This document shows positions 1 to 8,656 of a DNA stretch of 64,000 nt, piece by piece. A program made the position numbers and the translations under genes. The notes under the pieces were generated by a model. It was not told the origin of the DNA and searched no databases. It saw only the letters and a program-made list of their open reading frames with translations. Source of the stretch: Myxococcales bacterium (GTDB taxonomy: Bacteria; Desulfobacterota; Binatia; HRBIN30); NCBI GenBank assembly GCA_037445065.1, contig JBBILD010000004.1, positions 96,001 through 160,000 of the forward strand. Reading direction: 5' to 3'. Numbering within the stretch: the stretch's first letter is position 1; every line of letters starts with the position of its first letter.

Positions 1-3000
1 GCAGGAAGGCGAGGCGCGGGCGAATTTCCTTCAGCACCGGATCGGTGATGGCTCGCTCTCGCTCCCCGGGCCGCAGGCGGCGGAAAAAATGGTCGGCATC
101 CGCAACCGCCAGGGCGGTGATGTCTGCGATGCCCATGCCGTGCCACCGCACTGCACGCGCGCGCGGGTTCAGGCGAGTTCCCTTGCAGTTGGGGCAAGGT
201 TTCTCGCTGCGCAACGCCGCCTGCCAGGGGCTGTCCCCATTGGCATCTTCACTTGCCGGCTCGGTGAAGCGGTCGCACACCAGTGAAAGAATCTCTTCCT
301 GAGCCGACGGCGGCAGCTCTCGCACTGTTTGCTGCCACCAGCGTGCATGCCGCTTACCCCAGCTTTGTGCCTTCCGCCACAGCTCTGGCTGATCGCGGAG
401 CAGCGACTGCAGTGAGTCTGCGAGCGCTCGATCTGGCTGCAGCAGGGAGCGGATGTCGTAGCTCACAATGCTGCCCAGACCTTCGCAGTCGGGACAAGCT
501 CCTTGCCGGCTGTTGAAGGAAAACAGCCGCGGGTCGAGCGCCTCGTATCCGAGACCGCAATCGGCGCAAAACAGGCGCTCGCTCAGAACCTGTTCCGTAT
601 CGTCACTGGCGGCGATCACCGTGCCGCCGCTCAGCCGCAGCGCTCGGTCGATCAGGGCAGCCAGCGGCTGGCGCTTTCGTTCCTGCGGCCAGGAGCCAAC
701 GACCACGTCAATGTTGTGCTCTTTGTACCGAGCCAGGGCCCCGACTTGCTCGATGGCGAGCCACTGGCCATCCACCCGTACTTGGCGGAACCCCATCCGC
801 TTCAAGTTGGAGAACAGTTCCACGTACGAGCCCTTGCGGCCTCGCACCAGCGGTGCCAGCAACCTGACCGGACCGCTGCGCGCCGAGCGCTGGATGCGGC
901 TTTCCACTTGCGAGCGGCTCAGAGTGGAAAGCGAGCCGCCGCAGCGGACGCAGTGCTGGACTCCCAGCTTGGCGTACAGTAGCCGCAGGTAGTGATAGAT
1001 CTCCGTCAGGGTGGCGACGGTGGATTTCTTGCTGCCGCGACTCAACCGCTGCTCGATCGCGACCGTCGGAGGGATGCCCGCAACCAAATCCACGTTCGGC
1101 CGCGGGAGCACTTCGACAAACTGGCGGGCATAAACCGAAAGGCTGTCCAAGTAGCGGTGCTGCCCTTCCGCGTAGAGGATGTCAAAGGCAAGGGTGGATT
1201 TACCGGACCCACTCAGGCCGGTGATGACCAAAAAGCGGTCACGGGGGAGCTCCAGTTCGATGTTTTTGAGGTTGTGCTCGCGCGCGCCAACGATGCGAAT
1301 GTGTCCCGGGCGCTGTGCTGCAGAGGAGCCGATCCGAGCTGGCTGCACCCGAGGCATCGTGGGTGCGGTCGGCGCGGCTTGCAACGCAGCGGCAAGAAAG
1401 CGCGCCGTGTGCGATCCTTCCGCCCGCGCCACTTGCTCGGGCGTTCCCTGTGCGATGACGTAGCCGCCTTCCTCACCCCCCTCCGGCCCGAGGTCAATGA
1501 CCCAGTCTGCCGTCTTGATGACGTCGAGATTGTGCTCGATGACCACCAGCGAATCGCCCCGCTCCACCAACGCGTGCAACGCCCGCAAGAGCTTCTCGAC
1601 GTCGCGGAAATGGAGCCCGATGGTGGGTTCGTCGAGCAGGTACAGGGTGGGTCCGTGGTACGGGTTTGCCAAAGCCGCGGCCAACTTGAGCCGCTGTGCC
1701 TCGCCACCCGAGAGAGTGTTGAGCGGCTGGCCGAGCGGCAAGTAGTCTAACCCCACCTCGGCGAGCGGCTCCAGGCGGTAGCGGATTTCCCCGTGCGCCG
1801 AAAAGTACTCGAGAGCCTCCCGCACCGTCATGCGCAACACCTCGGCTAGGTTCTTCCCTTGATGCGTGACTTCGAGGATCTCGGCGCGGTAACGCTGCCC
1901 GTTGCACTCCGGGCAGGGAAGAAAGACGTCGGACAAAAACTGCATCTCCACTCTCTCGAAGCCGTCCCCTTTGCAGCTCTCGCAGCGGCCGCCGGACACA
2001 TTGAAGGAGAAGGTGGCTGCGCTGTAACCGCGAAGCCGCGCCAGCGGAGTGCGGGAAAACACCTGCCGGATAAAATCGAAGGCTCCCGTGTAGGTGACCG
2101 GCATGGCTCGCGGCGTAGTGCCAATGGGGGATTGGTCAACGAGGACGACGCGCTCGATGCGCTCCGCACCCTCGATTGCATCGTGATCGCCGGGGCGTGC
2201 GGCCGGCTGTCCTAAGGCGCGGCGCAAGCCTTGGTAGAGGATGTCTTCGATGAGCGTGGACTTGCCCGAACCGGAGACCCCAGTGACGCACACGAATGCT
2301 CCCAGGGGGATGGCGACGTCAATGTTTTTGAGGTTGTTTTGGCGCGCCCCTCGAATCACGACGGCGCGGTCGAGTCGAACCGGGCGTCGCTGGCGGGGCG
2401 ACGGAATGGAACGGCGGCCGGAAAGGAAGGCTCCGGTTGCGGAAGACTCACTCTCCAGCAGGCCTGCTACCGGGCCGCTGTACACCACCTGCCCGCCTTG
2501 CGCGCCCGCGGCGGGCCCGAGGTCAATGACGTGGTCGGCGGCGCGGATAATTTCCGGGTCGTGCTCGACGACCACCACGGTGTTTTCCTTTGCCACCAGT
2601 TCTTTCAGGATGTGGACCAGCCGTTCGCTATCGCGCGGGTGGAGCCCGACGGAGGGTTCGTCGAGGATGTACAGCGTGTTGACCAAGGAAGAACCCACGG
2701 CGGTCGTGAGGTCAACCCGCGCTAGCTCTCCCCCGGAGAGCGTACGCGAGGGGCGATCCAAGGTGAGATAGCCGAGCCCCACAGCGAGCAAGTAGCGGAG
2801 GCGGCTGCGGATCTCTTCGAGTACGAGGTGGGTCACTTCTTCCTGGTTCGGGGGCAGCTTCAGACTGGAGAAGAACTCGTGAGCTTCGCGCACGCTCATG
2901 CGTTGTACGTCCACCAGCGAGCGGCCCTGGATGCGGTACCAGGTGGCTTCCGGTTTGAGGCGGCCGCCGTGGCAGTCGTTGCACTCGCGGTAGCTGCGGT

Positions 3001-4228
3001 AGCGGGAGAGAAACACGCGCACGTGCATTTTGTAGGTGCGCCCTTCGAGCCACCGGAACCAGCCCCGTACTCCGAAGAATCGTTGATCGCCCTCGACAAT
3101 CGCTTGCCGCTGCTCGGGGCTCAGTTCACTCCACGGAACGTTGGTAGGAATGCGCCGGCGCTGGCAGAAGCGCAGCAGTTGCTCGCGCTCCCACTCGGTG
3201 GATTTGGTCGTCCACGGCTTGATGGCGCCTCCTTCGATGCTCTTGCTCGGGTCGGGAATGACGAGATCCAGATCGACGTCAATGACCCTGCCGAAGCCGC
3301 GGCAGGTGTCGCAGGCGCCGAGCGGGCTGTTGAACGAGAACAAATTGGCCACCGGTTCGCGGAAGCGGAGTCGGCAGTGGGGGCACTCGCGCTGGGTCGA
3401 AAAGCGCTCCACCCGTTGGGCAAGGTCGGGAAAGATCGCCAGCATGCGCCCCTTGCCAAAGGCGAACGCTTGTTCGATCGAGCCCAGCAAGCGAGAGCGG
3501 TCTTCGGCTCGCAGGACCACCCGATCCGCCACCACCGTCAGCGGCGACGGCAGCGGGCCACGGAGTTCGTCAACCGAGAGAGTTTCGCCGCTGATCCACA
3601 CGCGGCGAAAGCCCGAGGCTTGCAGACCAGCGAGCGCCTCTTCCCACGGCAGACCAACCGGCAGCACGACCTCGAAGGCAATGAGGGCCCTGGTGCCTGG
3701 GGGGTGTTGGAGGATGCGGTTCGCAACCGAGTCGGCAGTGGCAGGAACGACACGTTCGCCACAGTTCGGGCAGTACAACTCGGCTGCTTTGGCCCACAGC
3801 AGTTTGAGATGATCGTGTAGCTCGGTCATGGTGCCCACGGTGGAGCGAGAGGTCTTCACCGTGTTGCCTTGACTGATGGCAATGGCCGGCAGGATGCCTT
3901 CGATGCTCTCCACCTGGGGCTTGTCAATGCGATCCAGGAACTGGCGCGTGTACGCGGAGAACGTCTCCACGTACCGTCGCTGTCCCTCAGCGTAAAGCAC
4001 GTCGAAGGCCAGACTCGACTTGCCGGACCCAGACGGTCCGGTAATCACCGTGAGCGCGTTGATGGGCACGCGGACATCGATGTTCTTGAGATTGTTTTGG
4101 CGTGCGCCGCGCACCACGATCGCTGCCCTCTCCGCTCGCTGCTCGCCAGCCGCGGCTTCGGTTGCTGGTGAAGGCGGCTGGCGCTCGGCAAAGCGTTCGG
4201 CGGGAAGCACAGATTCCTTACTGCTCAT
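1..4228 (-). CDS. uvrA: Excinuclease ABC subunit A, tandem-duplicated long form; 3' end beyond the window edge
   Basis: Manually translated from ATG 4228 (MSSKESVL...IVVRGARQNNLKNID) with no stop found down to base 1. Walker A GPSGSGKS, GVSGSGKS and a third GLSGSGKS, LSGGE signatures, LDEP Walker B and CxxC zinc fingers. Missing from the ORF track because it lacks a stop in the window. Confidence 0.95.
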   Translation of the reverse strand, partial: MSSKESVLPAERFAERQPPSPATEAAAGEQRAERAAIVVRGARQNNLKNIDVRVPINALTVITGPSGSGKSSLAFDVLYAEGQRRYVETFSAYTRQFLDRIDKPQVESIEGILPAIAISQGNTVKTSRSTVGTMTELHDHLKLLWAKAAELYCPNCGERVVPATADSVANRILQHPPGTRALIAFEVVLPVGLPWEEALAGLQASGFRRVWISGETLSVDELRGPLPSPLTVVADRVVLRAEDRSRLLGSIEQAFAFGKGRMLAIFPDLAQRVERFSTQRECPHCRLRFREPVANLFSFNSPLGACDTCRGFGRVIDVDLDLVIPDPSKSIEGGAIKPWTTKSTEWEREQLLRFCQRRRIPTNVPWSELSPEQRQAIVEGDQRFFGVRGWFRWLEGRTYKMHVRVFLSRYRSYRECNDCHGGRLKPEATWYRIQGRSLVDVQRMSVREAHEFFSSLKLPPNQEEVTHLVLEEIRSRLRYLLAVGLGYLTLDRPSRTLSGGELARVDLTTAVGSSLVNTLYILDEPSVGLHPRDSERLVHILKELVAKENTVVVVEHDPEIIRAADHVIDLGPAAGAQGGQVVYSGPVAGLLESESSATGAFLSGRRSIPSPRQRRPVRLDRAVVIRGARQNNLKNIDVAIPLGAFVCVTGVSGSGKSTLIEDILYQGLRRALGQPAARPGDHDAIEGAERIERVVLVDQSPIGTTPRAMPVTYTGAFDFIRQVFSRTPLARLRGYSAATFSFNVSGGRCESCKGDGFERVEMQFLSDVFLPCPECNGQRYRAEILEVTHQGKNLAEVLRMTVREALEYFSAHGEIRYRLEPLAEVGLDYLPLGQPLNTLSGGEAQRLKLAAALANPYHGPTLYLLDEPTIGLHFRDVEKLLRALHALVERGDSLVVIEHNLDVIKTADWVIDLGPEGGEEGGYVIAQGTPEQVARAEGSHTARFLAAALQAAPTAPTMPRVQPARIGSSAAQRPGHIRIVGAREHNLKNIELELPRDRFLVITGLSGSGKSTLAFDILYAEGQHRYLDSLSVYARQFVEVLPRPNVDLVAGIPPTVAIEQRLSRGSKKSTVATLTEIYHYLRLLYAKLGVQHCVRCGGSLSTLSRSQVESRIQRSARSGPVRLLAPLVRGRKGSYVELFSNLKRMGFRQVRVDGQWLAIEQVGALARYKEHNIDVVVGSWPQERKRQPLAALIDRALRLSGGTVIAASDDTEQVLSERLFCADCGLGYEALDPRLFSFNSRQGACPDCEGLGSIVSYDIRSLLQPDRALADSLQSLLRDQPELWRKAQSWGKRHARWWQQTVRELPPSAQEEILSLVCDRFTEPASEDANGDSPWQAALRSEKPCPNCKGTRLNPRARAVRWHGMGIADITALAVADADHFFRRLRPGERERAITDPVLKEIRPRLAFL

Positions 4229-4423
4229 CGCTCGTACTCGGGTGGGTGTGGGTCATCGCCGTGACAGCGCAAGCGTAGGAAGTCCGCTTGCGCGCGGGCC
4301 CAGGCGCGCCGCTTGCCCGCGTTCGCTGCTGGTAGCGCAGGCTCTGTGCAGGGGCACGGGGTTCCGGGTTCACAAGGCACGTTCCTCGCAACCAGTGTCA
4401 TCAAGTCGGATGCCGCGGGCGAG

Positions 4424-6322
4424 TCAAGAGGACGCCGGCGGTGTCTCCCCGACGGCGGAGGCTAGCAGGGCAGCGCGGATTTGTTCCGCCAATGCGCGGG
4501 AGACGCCGGGCACTTGGCTCAGCTCCTCCACGCTCGCCTCGCGCATGGCGCGCACGCTGCCAAAGTGGCGCAGGAGCCGGCGCCGCCGAATGGGTCCCAC
4601 TCCCGGAATTCCATCGAGCAGAGAGCGGAGCTGCTCGCGGCGCCGCAGCTTGCGGTGGTAGGTGATGGCGAAGCGGTGCGCTTCGTCGCGCACGCGCTGC
4701 AAGAGGAAGAGCGCGTTCGAGTGGCGCCGCAGGAAGACGGGATTTTTGCGGCCGGGCAGGAAGACTCGCTCCTCACTGTGGCGGATCGTTGGCGAGCGGG
4801 GGGCGCGTTCGACCCGGTCTTTGGCCAGTCCGATCACTTCGATCGAGTCCAAGCCCAATTCTTGCAAGACCGTAACGGCTACGCCGAGCTGGCCTTTGCC
4901 GCCGTCTACCACCAACAGGTCGGGGAGAACCCCTTCTTCTTTCCCTCGGCGCAGGCGCCGCTGCAGTACTTCGTACATCATGGCAAAGTCGTCAGCCTGG
5001 GGGACGGTTTTGATGCGGTAGCGGCGGTACTGGTCCTTGTCTGCCTGGCCCTCGATGAAGGTGACTTGCGATCCGACCGCGATCTGCCCCTGAAGGTTCG
5101 AAATGTCGAAGCACTCGATGCGCTGCGGATAGCGGCGCAGGCGTAACGCTTTCTGGAGTTCGTCGCACATGCGCTGGCGTTGTTGTGCCGTATCCCGGCG
5201 AGCGCGGAAGTTTTGTTCGGCGTTCTCGCGCGCCATGGCGAGCAGCCGAGCTTTGTCACCGCGCTGCGGGCAAAGGATACTGACGCGGCGTCCTTTGCGT
5301 TCCGAAAGGTATTCGGCTTGCGTGTCCAGGTCTTCGGGCTCCACGGGGATCAGGATCTCGTCCGGAACGTAGCGCTCGGCTTGGTAAAACTGAGCGAGCA
5401 GCATGCTCATCACTTCAGGGTCCGGGAACTCGAAGTCATCGAGGCTGTACGATTGATGGCTGGTCAGTTTGCCCTGGCGGATGAACAACACTTCCGCCTC
5501 GATAAAGCCCCCCTCGCGGTAGAGGCCCCACACGTCCGTATCCCCGCCGTGGTGAGCCACCATTTGCTGCCGCTCTTGGGTGCGCTCGATGGCGCGGATG
5601 CGATCGCGCAAGCGGGCCGCGTCTTCGAAGCGCAGCTCGGCGGCAGCTCGTTCCATCTCGCTGTGCAGTTGGCGGACGAGCTGTTGGCTCTTGCCCTCCA
5701 GCAGCAGCATCGCCTCGCGCAAGTGCTGGCGGTACACCTCCGGGTCTACCGGCAGGCAGCAGGGCGCCAAGCAGCGCTTGATTTGGTACTCGAGGCAGGG
5801 GCGGGTGCGGTTGCGGAACACCGCGTCCGGGCAGGTTCTCAGTGGAATTGCCTTGCGGATGGTGTCGAGCGTTTCGCGCACGCTCGCCGCGGAATCGTAC
5901 GGCCCGAAGTAGCGGCTGCCGTCTTGCACGATGCGGCGGGTCACGAAGATGCGTGGCCACCGGTCTTGCACGGTGACTTTGACGCTCACGTACGACTTGT
6001 CGTCCTTCAGCCGGATGTTGTACCGCGGCTTGTACTGCTTGATGAGGTTGTTTTCGAGGATGAGGGCTTCTTTGTCGGTGAGCGTGACCAGGGTTTCGAA
6101 GTCGGCGACTTTTTGCATGAGAAACTGCACTTGCGAACGCTCGTCGTCGCCGCGGAAGTATTGGCGCAAGCGGGCGCGCAGGTTCTTCGCTTTGCCGACG
6201 TAAATGACCCGCCCGGCAGGATCCTTGAGCAGGTACACTCCCGGCCGCGGCGGGACGCTCTGCAGCCGTTCTTCGAGCTGTGCTCGGGTGGGGTCGTTGG
6301 GGAATTCCGGGGACGAAGGCAC
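4424..6322 (-). CDS. uvrC: Excinuclease ABC subunit C
   Basis: PGVYLLKD...YVGKAKNLRARLRQY GIY-YIG domain, RIECFDISN and DGGKGQ RNase H-like domain, C-terminal HhH (GIPGVG). Start placed at GTG 6322; the ORF-track upstream extension is unlikely. Confidence 0.95.
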   Translation of the reverse strand: MPSSPEFPNDPTRAQLEERLQSVPPRPGVYLLKDPAGRVIYVGKAKNLRARLRQYFRGDDERSQVQFLMQKVADFETLVTLTDKEALILENNLIKQYKPRYNIRLKDDKSYVSVKVTVQDRWPRIFVTRRIVQDGSRYFGPYDSAASVRETLDTIRKAIPLRTCPDAVFRNRTRPCLEYQIKRCLAPCCLPVDPEVYRQHLREAMLLLEGKSQQLVRQLHSEMERAAAELRFEDAARLRDRIRAIERTQERQQMVAHHGGDTDVWGLYREGGFIEAEVLFIRQGKLTSHQSYSLDDFEFPDPEVMSMLLAQFYQAERYVPDEILIPVEPEDLDTQAEYLSERKGRRVSILCPQRGDKARLLAMARENAEQNFRARRDTAQQRQRMCDELQKALRLRRYPQRIECFDISNLQGQIAVGSQVTFIEGQADKDQYRRYRIKTVPQADDFAMMYEVLQRRLRRGKEEGVLPDLLVVDGGKGQLGVAVTVLQELGLDSIEVIGLAKDRVERAPRSPTIRHSEERVFLPGRKNPVFLRRHSNALFLLQRVRDEAHRFAITYHRKLRRREQLRSLLDGIPGVGPIRRRRLLRHFGSVRAMREASVEELSQVPGVSRALAEQIRAALLASAVGETPPASS

Positions 6323-6522
6323 GGTTGCAAAGTATAACACCCGGCACACTCGGGAAACCGGACGGAATGGTCCCCCTTGGTTGGCAGCGCGGCGGTGACT
6401 GTTGCGTCGAGGGGACAAACCCGCAGCGAGATGGATTGGGGCAGTACAGACCGGAGCTCGTAGCATGAGCAGTCGCGGGCGGCGCAAGAGGCGATTTAGA
6501 ATGCGCTGACCATGGTTGTGGA

Positions 6523-6628
6523 CGCAACCCTTCAGGGTTGCGCTGCGACGTGGGCCAGAGTCACTGGCCCCCGGGGATAGGCGCTGGCCGCCAACCCCGG
6601 CCTGCAATGCGCAATCGTTACGCGGTTG
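6523..6628. repeat. Cluster of four adjacent hairpins (REP-like palindromic element or structured RNA)
   Basis: CGCAACCC-ttca-GGGTTGCG (6523-6542); GGGCCAG-agtca-CTGGCCC (6552-6570); CCGGGG-ata-GGCG..CGCC-aa-CCCCGG (6571-6600); a degenerate CAATCG..CGGTTG copy of the first stem. Confidence 0.55.
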
Positions 6629-6897
6629 TTTGTGGTGGCAACAGCGGCGCCGTTTGGTGGTCGGAAGGCAGGCACACTAGGAGCGCGTTGGCGGCATCGG
6701 TGCGTTTGCGATCGAAGCGGCTTGCGGGTGGCTCCACGCACGCCCACCAGGGGCGCCCCGACGAACTGGCGAAAGCGCGCGATCGGCTGGCGCCTTCGGC
6801 GTTGATCGTAGTGCTGAGGGCTGCGCGGAACAGGGGAGGAGTTGCGAAGGTGGTGGTGCAGCCGGAGGCGATCAGTCCCCTCAGGACGCAAGATTCA

Positions 6898-6993
6898 AGT
6901 GGGTGTCCACGGAAGGCCTCATGCACGGAAGGCCTCAGGGAACGACGTCCAAATGGGTGTCCATGGACGGCCAGTGGGTGTCCACGGACGGCC
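6898..6993 (+). repeat. Three imperfect 21-bp direct repeats plus one partial copy
   Basis: AGTGGGTGTCCACGGAAGGCC (6898-6918), AATGGGTGTCCATGGACGGCC (6952-6972), AGTGGGTGTCCACGGACGGCC (6973-6993); partial CACGGAAGGCCTCA at 6924-6937. Confidence 0.8.
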
Positions 6994-7467
6994 GGCGCGG
7001 CCGTGTCGTCACGTCTTGGGCATTGTTGGCGGTGGTGGCAGTATGGATGGGCTGTGGCGCGGTGCGCACCGAGGCGCCGCAAAGGCTCAATCTCGCGCCG
7101 CGGCGATCTGGGTATCTATGATGTGGCGACTTGTTGGGGGCAGACCTTCTCCCTGCCCGCGCCTCCCGAGGGCAGCAGCGGGCAAGCTGCACGACGAGCA
7201 ACCACGCGAGTCGGCGCTACGCATGGTCGAGGGGCCCCGCCCCCTGGAGTGGCTGGTATGTCACGCATTGCTGCGCGGTTCAGGCAGGTGTGGGGCATCG
7301 GGGTGCCCAGCGAATCACCGTGCGGAACACCGTCGCGATGTGGTCGCGGCCGTTTGCGCCAGGGAATCCCTGGTTCGTGCCCTGCCGCGTGCCAGTCGAG
7401 GCGGGTATGGTCGCTAGTTGCGCGCCGTCCTGCTCCACGGCCAAAGGAGGCGGATGGAAGGCAAAGG

Positions 7468-8286
7468 ATGAAGCGTTCCTGCTCTGAAGGAGAACTGGCG
7501 GTAGATCAGCACGCGGTCGTGCATGCTTTGCGTCGCCGTGGGGTGGCGGTCGTGCGGGAGCGTCACGAAGGGGTTCTTCTACCAGCCCCGCCCCACAGGG
7601 ATCGCTGGTACGAATTGCTCAACCACTATTCGTTTCGCCTGTTTTTGCGCGATCTCATTCGATTGCGAACGGGGGCGCGGATCGAGCAGTTGTCGCGCTA
7701 TTGCTCGGCAGAGGTAGCGGCCGAGTTCGTGCGCCACCTGCAGCGTTTGGGGCTCGCGAAGATACGCGCAGGGTTGGTTTCGTTTGCCGGGGAACCGCCC
7801 CACTCCTTCGGCCCCACGCTCGAATGGTTCGTTGCCGAGGTGGTGCGCCGAGAGTTCGGGATGCAAGCCGCCTGGGGCCTGCGACCCGCGAAGGCGGCCG
7901 GTGGTGGCGATTACGACGTCGTGGCTTTGGCGGATGGCGCGCTGTGGTACTTCGAGATCAAGTCTGCTGCCCCGCGCAACATCGAAGTCGCGCAAACACG
8001 CGCCTTTGTGCGCCGCTTAGCGACCTTGGCCCCCGATGCGGCTGTGTTTCTAAACGACACCAAGCTGCGCATGCTCGACAAGCTCGTTCCCGCAATCCAG
8101 CAGGAACTCGACGCCACCCTCCCGCACTTCGGCCAGTTCCGCCGCTTGCGCGGAGAGGTATTCGTGGCGGCGGATCGCTTGTTCGTCACCAACAGCGATC
8201 CGGAGCTGGTGGCCAACGTCGGTACCTGCCTCGCCCACTTCTTGTGGTCGCGCGCCGGTTACCGCCGCAATGGTGAGGAGAAGTAG
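7468..8286 (+). CDS. Uncharacterised protein with a PD-(D/E)XK (restriction-endonuclease-like) domain and a probable N-terminal winged helix
   Basis: Motifs FGPTLEWFVA, GGDYDVVA and YFEIKS match the E...D...ExK nuclease pattern. Start ATG 7468 chosen; the upstream 310 aa of the track ORF look non-coding. Confidence 0.7.
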   Translation: MKRSCSEGELAVDQHAVVHALRRRGVAVVRERHEGVLLPAPPHRDRWYELLNHYSFRLFLRDLIRLRTGARIEQLSRYCSAEVAAEFVRHLQRLGLAKIRAGLVSFAGEPPHSFGPTLEWFVAEVVRREFGMQAAWGLRPAKAAGGGDYDVVALADGALWYFEIKSAAPRNIEVAQTRAFVRRLATLAPDAAVFLNDTKLRMLDKLVPAIQQELDATLPHFGQFRRLRGEVFVAADRLFVTNSDPELVANVGTCLAHFLWSRAGYRRNGEEK

Positions 8287-8656
8287 TGACGAGCTGGGCC
8301 GTTGTTTCTGGGTGCGAGCCGAGTGCTGGGTTGGATGGTGGCGGCTGGAAGAGCGTTTGCAGCGGAAGGGGCCTATGACGTGTTCGACGGAACGTCTCTC
8401 GCTCACAGTTCCAGCCGGGGTGCAAAAGCACGTTGAGGTTGAGGACGCGAGCGGTGTTGCGGCCAGTGCAGCAGGAGGTCGTGCGGCGCTGGTGAACCAG
8501 AGGGCGAAGCTGTTCGCAATTAGCGCACGGCGGTTCCTGCAGGCCAAACTGGCAAGCGTGTTTGCCGAACCCCCCGAATGCCCAGCCTCAGGCCCGCCCG
8601 CGTCACGGGTTCGTTACCCGAGGGGCACCCGATCGGGTTTCGCTGTTCCGCGAAGT

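Noticed and set aside
45..4171. Plus-strand ORFs such as 992-1750 and 2828-3820
   Set aside because: Antisense shadows of uvrA.
6898..6993. Possible mini CRISPR array
   Set aside because: Two repeats are directly adjacent, the one spacer contains a partial repeat, and there are no cas genes.
6538..7467. 582-aa ORF extension upstream of the nuclease domain
   Set aside because: Arg/Gly/Pro-rich composition, runs through DNA hairpins and repeats, and has no domain-like features. Long open frames arise by chance at this GC content.
7445..7471. Micro-ORF MEGKG* after AGGAGG overlapping the nuclease start (ATGA)
   Set aside because: The SD-to-ATG spacing is only 3 nt and there is no other support; likely coincidental.
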